A stretch of DNA of 32,883 bases from Paraglomus brasilianum (lineage: Eukaryota). The stretch lies in contig CAJVPI010000368.1 in assembly GCA_910592345.1 (NCBI GenBank), forward strand, positions 1-32,883, read 5' to 3'. The notes under the pieces are model-generated. The model was not told where the DNA came from, did not search any database, and saw only the letters and a list, made by a program, of their open reading frames with translations. Of this stretch, positions 24,976 through 32,883 are shown one piece after another. The translations under genes and the position numbers were made by a program. How positions within the stretch are numbered: the stretch's first letter is position 1; each line of letters begins with the position of its first letter.

Positions 24976-25280
24976 AAATCACCCAAGCTGTTGAAACCAA
25001 ATTTGGTCACTCCCTTACCTTAATCATTGTAATAGTTAAATTAACCGCCAACTGGCGTCTTCCAATAATCTCTATTATATTCAAATTATTACAATATAAA
25101 CCTTTTGGTTGAGATGTCTATTAGGTGTACATTATTTATTTATTCCAATTTATTCAAAAAACCTATAAAGATCACCACTTTTCTCCCATTAAGAAAAAGA
25201 ATCATCGCTTACATTATCATTCAAAAATCATAATTATATACCTTTCCATTCTTATATTGTTATTCAACCAATTATTCAAC

Positions 25281-25403
25281 GGGAGGCGTTTACTTGCCCG
25301 ACAGTCATTTGCCCGACAATCATTGGCCCAATTATGATAAGGCATTACAAACGTGATAATAAAACTGTCGGGCAAGTAACTGTCGGGCAAGTGACCCGGA
25401 CCT
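25281..25403. mobile_element. About 122-bp Mutator-like MITE with tandem-repeat TIRs
   Basis: Left ACTTGCCCGACAGTCATTTGCCCGACAA; right CTGTCGGGCAAGTAACTGTCGGGCAAGTG; GG...CC ends; 9-bp direct repeat TTATTCAAC at 25272-25280 and 25404-25412. Confidence 0.8.
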
Positions 25404-25509
25404 TTATTCAACAATCACATATGCACATAATAATATACTTTTTCATCTTTTCATACAATTATTATTGCAAACATTACGGCTATTGTATAGTATCAGAAGA
25501 AAATCTTAA

Positions 25510-26330
25510 TAATGTTGTCTTGCAAAAGGCACCGCAATTTCTCGTATCGATAGCGATGATGGATTCCAGATATATAAATACTTTAATTACGTACTAATAC
25601 GAGACTTGTCTCACGATTCAGACGATATTTTTCCTGATGCGGATAATGAAATTGTACAACCTTTAAATGAAGAAGCAGTTTATTTGATATCCGGCAAATT
25701 TTCCCTTAATCAAGACAGTTCTTTAAATGTGGTGGTTACAACAAGTATATGTCTTCCAATCGATAAGGAAGACATACCAATCTGCCAACCTATCGTTCAT
25801 CTGCTTGGCAAAATTTGAACAACGCAGAATTGTCGGAAATAGGTCACAATCTGAATTTACAAGCGAAACCGTACCTGTCAAAAGGCTATTTTAATCCTTT
25901 CATTATCGCTCTTACACATTTTTCCAATGGGCGATTTCACAATGCATTAACCAAAGCCAAAAAAAATTCGACCATTCATGCAACTGGGATACTTTTTTCC
26001 ATTAAAAAATATTTTTTATTGTAAAATCATGGAATTTCGACAAAGCAGGAAGCAAATACTAATGTTGTCGTGCTTTGGAAGTTAGAGGACACAGAAAAAT
26101 CTGCGTCACAACCTAAATCGACGTTAGAAAAAAGAATAGCTCTTATACAACAAAATCAGAGTACACAATCATTACCGACGAAAACTATGTCTTCCGCAAA
26201 AAGAAAAAATAACTCAATTAAAATAGCAGAGATTTCAAAATCCAATCTACTGACGATTTTTCAAACAATAACAGTTCAGTTACAAGTGAGCAAGGAAAGT
26301 TAACAACGAAGAAATCACAAAAAATACTAA
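25510..26330 (+). pseudogene. Fragmented gene, possibly an OB-fold/ssDNA-binding-like accessory gene of the PIF1-carrying element
   Basis: Consecutive frameshifted ORFs 25606-25818, 25815-26024 and 26070-26303 read as one beta-rich protein (VYLISGKF, PIVHLLGKI, STIHATGIL) with a low-complexity tail. The fold assignment is inference. Confidence 0.45.
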
Positions 26331-26499
26331 AAAACGAATAAATAAATATAACACATGTATATTTTGTTTTAGTCTTATGCATAATTTTATTAATACCAAT
26401 TATAATAAATACGTTCCCACAATTATTATACCCATCCTATTTAATATGGATTTAATTAAATATAAATATTAAATTTATCTGTTTTTTTTTTTTTCAAAG

Positions 26500-27050
26500 T
26501 AAAAGATCATCCTGTCGACGGTGATAAATATCTGTTAGCTGAAGCCATAGACTTCATGGAAGGGAAACGACTACAACCTGAAAATTCCCAGACAGAATTT
26601 AAATCAAAAACTAACATGTCGCCCGCTATCAGACTTCAACAAGCTGAACGCGTTATGTATTTAAACAACTCGCTTATTGAAGATGGAATATGTAATGGAA
26701 CTGTAGGTGTAGTTACAGATCTCGACAAAAATATACCAAGTGTTCAAGTTGCTTTTTGTATCCAAGGCACTATAGTTCACAAATGGATTGCCAGAGAGAC
26801 GTCCTATTCTATATAAACGGTCAACGGGCTTCACGAACGCAATTTCCATTGCAGAATGCATTTTCTTTGACTGTACATACGACTCAAAGTCTTACTTTGC
26901 TTACTATTTCTTTAAACCTTAGTCAGTTATTTTCACAGGTCAAGCTTACGTTGCCATTAGTAGATGTCCTAAATGGGAACATATTCGTATTATGAGTCTC
27001 AATAGAAACGCATTTGTGGTAGATTCAAGAATAGTTGACAAATATTGCTA
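26500..27050 (+). mobile_element. Decayed PIF1-family helicase C-terminal half (Helitron-like or other PIF1-carrying element)
   Basis: RVMYLNN...GICNGTVGVV, RTQFPLQNAFSLTVHTTQSLTL (motif V, canonical HKSQG degenerate), GQAYVAISRC from 26938 (motif VI); at least two frameshifts; Walker A/B not seen. Confidence 0.9.
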
Positions 27051-27268
27051 ATGCTTAATCATACGATTTCGATTTATAAGACTTTATTGCTTAACTATTA
27101 ATCATACGATTTCTTTCAATCGTACAACACGTATTTTGGTTTTCGTGTGACTAATGCTTAATCGTAGCAATGGCATTTTACTCAAATGCGAATAGCTTTT
27201 CAAATTCTGAGTGATAATTACTAGTACTAATCATACGATTTTCTTCAACCGTATCAATCATATGATTT
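27048..27268. repeat. Cluster of short near-palindromic repeats AATCATACGATTT
   Basis: Copies at 27057, 27100, 27229 and 27256 (1 mismatch); CTAATGCTTAATC at 27048 and 27151. Confidence 0.7.
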
Positions 27269-28468
27269 CATCGTTATGCAACACTTGCATATCTGATGCA
27301 ATTTAATATGTCCTCATTTATCCGTAGATCTCACTATAAATTAAAATTTTGCATTGTCGATCTGTTTATTCAAGGGAGTCTGCATAGACAATGCGAGCAA
27401 CCATATACCATTTGCGTTCCTACTATAAGATTTTATACGAGAGTTCAACAAACAGATTGAAAACCATGGTCTGTCTTAAGAAAAAAAAAATATGCTTTCG
27501 ACATGATAAATAAATGTGAACCAATAACAGAACTGAGAACTTCTTTTAAGCCCATAGCACTATTGGCAAATGTTTAGCCCATTTACATTATAAATCACTT
27601 ATTCACTATTACAGCCCGATCTATTTGACCCGCATAGACGTCGTTTAAAGCTTGCATTGATATGATATTGAACACATATACTGTACATCAATCAAACTGG
27701 TCGCTCTGTCATACAACTTGCTACTACAATTGGTAAAGACACAATTTATAAGACTGAAAATGAGTAGCCGTGGTCGGGAGTAGGCAACACACGTATATGA
27801 TAGACTGTTAATGTTAATATCAGTAAAATATACTTATCACTGTAGCTTTGGAATGTTTGACACTAGCGTATAAGAAATAATTATAATAGCATGCAATATT
27901 TCACTGCCCATACCGTTAGTGTAATAAAAATACCTTATTATACCTTTGCAGCCACTTTAAACGTCAGAGTGACATAATCGTAGAAATTTCACACACCCAA
28001 TGTTGTACTACACGTCGGATTGTACTGTGTAACACGTCGGATAAATCAGTACATTGAGCTACTGCATGCGAACTAGCATTCCGAAAGAAAAGACCTGAAC
28101 CCTTTATCTTCTGTTTGGGATACGCCCTTGTATTAGAATAAGAGCACTTGTTCATCTATTATGTCGACGTATGATAATCTTTTCGGTTTAAGTATTACGG
28201 GAGTCACGAGAATGTCAATCGCTGTGACTTAGTTGATCACTCGCTAGCTAAGTTACGAAGAAGTTTGCCGAGTGTTATTATCTCTTACATCGACTATATA
28301 TAAATATTGTGGCTAAAAATCAGCTGATAAATTCGTAACACTCTAATAACAGATTTTCGCATGATGCACAAATTTTATTATACCTCGCGCATTTCATTTC
28401 AGTTGCTGTTGTCATACTTGTTCGTAATAAAAGGAGCGCAAAATGGAGGACTTTCCTCACGCTCGTCG

Positions 28469-28477
28469 TATATAAAG
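28469..28477 (+). promoter_or_regulatory. Candidate TATA box
   Basis: TATATAAAG 56 nt upstream of the ATG at 28525. Confidence 0.45.
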
Positions 28478-28524
28478 GACAACGATTAAAGACATTAAAC
28501 TTAATAAGTTTTCTATCACACAGT

Positions 28525-29518
28525 ATGCAGCACTTACTAAAGAGTCTCTTGCTATTATTAGTTATGGTATGAATGGCCAAGTTCGATGAAAATACGATGC
28601 TTGGATTGGTTTCTAACGTTAATTGCATTTAGGCGAGTATAACGAGTGGTGCCATTCAAACAGACAGTATTTCATTGCCAGTAGGAAGCACATGGTAAGA
28701 AGAAATAGGAGTTGAAAGTATCAGTATCTAACCTTATCGATCGATCGATCGCATCCCAAAAAAGGTATATTTGCTCCGCTCAACCAACAACTATAATAAG
28801 TGAGTATCCTACCACGGTTTCATTCATCTTCAAGCTTCCAAATCACTTGCACTGATTTCTTCACTCACTCTTTCCAATCAGGCTATGTTACCACATACTC
28901 AAATGTTTCAGTCACTCCCACGGCGGGCTTTGGCAATGTTGCGCTATTCAGCAAACAAGTCCCATAATTACTGCAACTTCAGTAGGCCTTCTCAGTGCTG
29001 CCATGACTCAGACCGATCTTAACAAGTATTTGATAAACGACGTTAATTCGTACTTGCCTACCTATTCCTGGTTGGTAGGATAATTTTGGTTCGAATTGGG
29101 GGATAAAACGAGAAATACACTTTGCTTAACGTTCATGCTCTTTTTTTTTCCAAACGTGAAAAGCTTTGTCGATCGTGTACAAGTCTGTGCTAAAGGCGGC
29201 AATCTGGGTCCACTCTCTATAAGCGCTATCTATTGCGTTCTTGTGATAAACCCGAATTCGGTCACATCCTTCGCCAATGTTATTGTCTCGTTTGACAACC
29301 AACCTATTTCCAGTAGTACACCACCACCAGTAGCAAATTCGACGTCGGCCGCAGCGCAACCGACGGCCGGCACACCAACGAGCGGCACACCAACGACAAC
29401 CAATGCTATTACCACCGTGATCACGGTTAATGGAGGCATGAAGGTTAAATGGGACTTTATGAGCATCTTTATCTTTGGGCTTAGTTCGATCATTTGGTAT
29501 TTTGGGGGGCTATTTTAG
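28525..29518 (+). CDS. Small secreted, probably GPI-anchored cell-surface protein (about 215-227 aa) with a Ser/Thr/Pro stalk; frame ambiguity in exon 4
   Basis: Exons 28525-28566, 28633-28694, probable micro-exon 28765-28799, 28882-29070, 29164-29518. Signal peptide MQHLLKSLLLLLVMASITSG; Cys-containing domain; stalk SSSTPPPVANSTSAAAQPTAGTPTSGTPTTT; hydrophobic tail NGGMKVKWDFMSIFIFGLSSIIWYFGGLF*. Confidence 0.75.
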
Positions 29519-30512
29519 ACGTAATTTTGAATCAAGTAGAATTGTAATACTACCATTGGTTTGTATATTTTAATGATTGAGAACCGATTGCTCTCACGAG
29601 TTTTAAATTAATAAACAATAACAGCAGCGAAACACGTTAATTGTGTTTGGCGATGAGTTGGCCCAATAATATTATATATTGTTGTACCTCAGTGTCTGGA
29701 CCGAGACGGTTTCCAGCTAAAATTTTTGGTCCCATCATCTCAGATTCTTGCACACCCAAATTTACTAACCGTACAAAATTACGCATAATACACGAATTTT
29801 AATGCCTTATTCAGTTATTGTTTTGGTTTTGAAAAAACACTTGACACACATAAAACATCAGACTATATGACTGCATTTTCAACCCCTTTGGTATTCTTGT
29901 GATGAACCCATTTGGATTTGGGGCATGCTGCAACAAAACCAGACTAAGTGAACATTCTGTTATGTGGCATGAATGAGAGGCTGATGTGAATGAAAGTTAA
30001 CTAATTTGATGACATTTTGATTATCACACATTTATGTTTTAAATTAATATCATGGCATAATGTAATTAATGTTCATATTAATTTAGGATTACCTCTATCC
30101 ATAAAAATATAAATATGAAACTCATTTACATTAAGTCCACTATGGAACCGAAGAATTACAGCACTATTAGAAGCATTCTAAAAAGCTCAAGGAGAAAATA
30201 TTGCTCCATATATTTTTAAACCTAATGATACCTAAACACTCCGGGAATATCTAGATCAAGAGAAACCCACTTATGAAATTTATCAAGGAGAATGAATATT
30301 AAGAAAAGAAAACAGAATAATGATGTACCATTACAAAACAAAAGGCAAAAATATCTGGACAAAAAAATTTAATACAAACAAACTATTTATTTCAGCTTTA
30401 TTAATGAGATTTCTAAACACAAATTAATGTCTAATCTCACTGTGATTTAAAAAATCCTTTTGTCTTTAAATAATTATTTTGCGTTTTTTTTTTGTAAACC
30501 TTTTTATTAATA

Positions 30513-31115
30513 TGGGTGTGAAATGATTATTTGATTGCAATAACCCAGAAGCTCTTTCAAAGGAGTAGTAGAGGGAGCACACTTATGAACTGTGACAATA
30601 TTATGTTGAATCCATTCCTTTTGTTTCTCAATCAAATAAACTTCAACTGCAATGAGAGATCAAGCATTTCAAACTTGCTAGCTCCATCCAAAAGACTAAT
30701 CCAACCTGCATGCTTGCATGAATCATAGAAAATTTGCCCAGTATAGATGAACCTACAAAAGAAGCAATATTAGATTTAAGTTGTAATGAGCATTAGTTAT
30801 AGTATTAGTATTGTTGTAACTCAGTTGGGGACTTTTTCAGTTCTGGAACAAGACAACTGAGTTCTGGACTGAATGTCTGGGTTTGGAACTGCAACAACTG
30901 AGTTCTGGCTGGGTTCTGAATTGAGACAGGTCCTAAACTCAGACACAACAGTTGTATTGATTTGATAATTCAGAATGTTATTCATGTTTTAACCTATGAG
31001 ATTTACCTTCAAAAACATCAGGTGACACATCTTCCAATGTCATAGCGGCCTTTTGAATCTCCGCATTTTCGGTTAGGCTATTCTCAAAGAATGGGTTTTG
31101 TGTACGCAACACTAG
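30513..31115 (-). pseudogene. Decayed paralog of the BTB-BACK-TLDc gene
   Basis: LVLRTQNPFFENSLTENAEIQKAAMTLEDVSPDVFE | FIYTGQIFYDSCKHAGWISLLDGASKFEMLDL.(frameshift)IAVEVYLIEKQKEWIQHNIVTVHK...LLGYCNQIIISHP aligns with 14848-15305. Same intron position; 10-nt deletion before the donor; both ends lost. Confidence 0.9.
30812..30950. mobile_element. Small TIR-like insertion in the BTB pseudogene intron
   Basis: The intron is about 253 nt versus 96 nt in the paralog. Imperfect inverted ends TGTTGTAACTCAGTTGGGGAC / GTCCTAAACTCAGACACAACA (16/21); internal repeats CAACTGAGTTCTGG x2. Confidence 0.55.
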
Positions 31116-31740
31116 TTAATGAAAATTAAGAACCTTTTAGCTTATGAGTTTATCGACGCAGAGATGAGTAGACAAATCACAGCTCCACAAACGCCGTATA
31201 TACTTCAAGAAATTCTGTATCTGTATAAACTAAGCTATATGCAATTCATTGAACGCTTGCAATTGCAGCCGAAGCCTCGTAAACTTAGAACATTTAGCGG
31301 CACATCAGCACAGAAGCAATTCAAATAAAATCGAAATAAAGAAGTATTAATATTGTCAAAGTAGTCTTTGAGGATTATGCAAACAATTTCTCTACACTAC
31401 ATTCTCGCGCTTCAGTTAACAGAATCGGTGTGAGCCAAGCCTTTCACCTTAGTACTGTCAAAGTGATGAGGATCAATAGAAACCTTATAACATTATCTGA
31501 CATTGATTCGAGAATGCATTCTATAAAAAACAACTAACAAGCTTACGATTGGAAAATATTCCCACTAGCGTTCACATGTCTTTCCAATGGCAGATGTTTT
31601 GATAATCACTAGCTTCGTCGTATATTGTACGAAAGATCTTCGTGAAATTCCTTGGTAATACGATACGATTATACAGTAATAACTACTACTACACCGACAT
31701 TACCCTCGTACAACACTACTATCAAAAAGAAGAGCATGTA

Positions 31741-32149
31741 CCGTATTTCTCAGACTAAAGTACCAGTGGTATTTTGCAAAACCTCGTGTACCATGGGGTA
31801 CTATACACGGGGTGGTACTTTGATCGGATAGTGGTATTATACTAGGGGTATTATGATAGGAGTATGTAAATCGCTATTTTATTGGCTGTAACGAACACGA
31901 ATAAAACTTAGCTTACTTTAATATGACGATTCGAGGCATGGGGTAAAATCGATGGTGAACTTATTAGAGGCGCATTCAAATGTTGCGGGTATTTCTGTTA
32001 AGGAGGATGGAACGGAGTATGAGTTGATATTTGATAGTGAGTGATTAGACAACATTAGCGTTGATCAAACCGACAAGGAGAATGATATTTTCGTAGATAT
32101 TGAAGGTGATGATTATGAAGAAGTGCATGGTTTTAGGAATATATGGTAA
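31741..32149 (+). mobile_element. pogo/Tigger-like (Tc1-mariner) transposon remnant with transposase C-terminus
   Basis: From about 31933: EAWGKIDGELIRGAFKCCG(+1 frameshift)ISVKEDGTEYELIFD plus an acidic tail, matching the AW..I....I..SFK.CGIS...DG.E motif after the DDE_1 domain. Upstream TA|CCGTATTTC and repeated GGTAYTAT motifs resemble a pogo end; no right TIR found. Confidence 0.75.
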
Positions 32150-32883
32150 TATAATAATAAAAAACGCTGTACCAACGTGGGGGTTCAAAAAGTTTTGATA
32201 CATACAGGGCAATTATTTCAGCAACCTCTGATTACATTCGCTTCGCTTAGTAAAATAACGCTTGAGTTACACTTAATTAATGACAAACGTTTGATTCGTT
32301 TTAGTTTGATGGTTGTCGAGAAAATGTTTTTTAAAACTTGTCTATTAACAACAATGGAAATTTACTCGCGAAGACCAAAGATGATATATATCTTGGGCGT
32401 GCCGACAGAATAGTAAATAGGCCGACGACAATCATAAAGGGCTAATCACTATTGAAGGAAATAAAACCCCATTCAAACATACTATTTACAGCATCGAACG
32501 AAGACGCACACCCGTTCTGGATATCTCCGCAAAGTCGATTTATTTGACCATTACATATAATAAATACTTTCTTTTTTTTTCTTCTTTTTTTTTTCTTTTC
32601 GCCACAATTTTCATTATCAATATTTCATTATTTAAACACTAATACAATTACTATCTTCTATTAATAATAATTAGTTAAATACATTATAATAAATACATGG
32701 CATATCGAATGAATGATAGAACTGGTGGATAAACAATCGAATCGAACAACATTGCTTTTACACTGGCATGCCAAGCAGCAACTCACCTTCCGTCTCTACC
32801 AGTTTTAGGGACAGATCCTTCACAAGCAGCTAAGCAATCACCGAATCGGACCCTCAAACTCGCTCCACTCCACCAGTGTCCCA

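Noticed and set aside
25217..25597. ORFs with repeated peptides (RQSFARQSLA, TVGQVTVGQV, LPDSYLPDS)
   Set aside because: They are translations of the MITE's 15-bp TIR units.
27048..27268. CRISPR-like array
   Set aside because: Repeats are only about 13 bp and irregularly spaced, there are no cas genes, and the context is eukaryotic.
30140..30420. A-rich broken frame MEPKNYSTIRSILK... as a possible retroelement fragment
   Set aside because: In-frame stops and no diagnostic motif that I can support.
32570..32883. Poly-T tract and higher-GC stretch at the window end as a gene or retroelement end
   Set aside because: Too short and truncated; frame, strand and family cannot be established.

Overview
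Eukaryotic, AT-rich, intron-containing fungal DNA; the gene families (TKL kinase, BTB/BACK/TLDc, SbsA-Ig membrane proteins) suggest a Glomeromycotina/arbuscular mycorrhizal fungus (inference). Main content: three tandem, 10-exon, minus-strand paralogs (A 1310-4706, B 7200-10608, C 17371-20813; 883, 881 and 908 aa when spliced by hand). Each encodes a signal peptide, a variable beta-rich ectodomain, an SbsA/Big_5 Ig-like domain, a putative SEA-like domain and a multi-pass membrane module with DxxxD and EDIPQLxxQ motifs resembling one half of an XK-related (Xkr) scramblase. This architecture is the best candidate for an undescribed system. Also present: the 3' end of a TKL kinase, a BTB-BACK-TLDc gene with one frameshift plus a decayed paralog, a 5-exon secreted, probably GPI-anchored protein gene, two TIR elements inserted only upstream of copy B, a dyad motif conserved upstream of all three paralogs, and decayed LINE, hAT, MULE-MITE, PIF1/Helitron-like and pogo remnants. 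All gene models and domain calls were made by eye; no searches were run.
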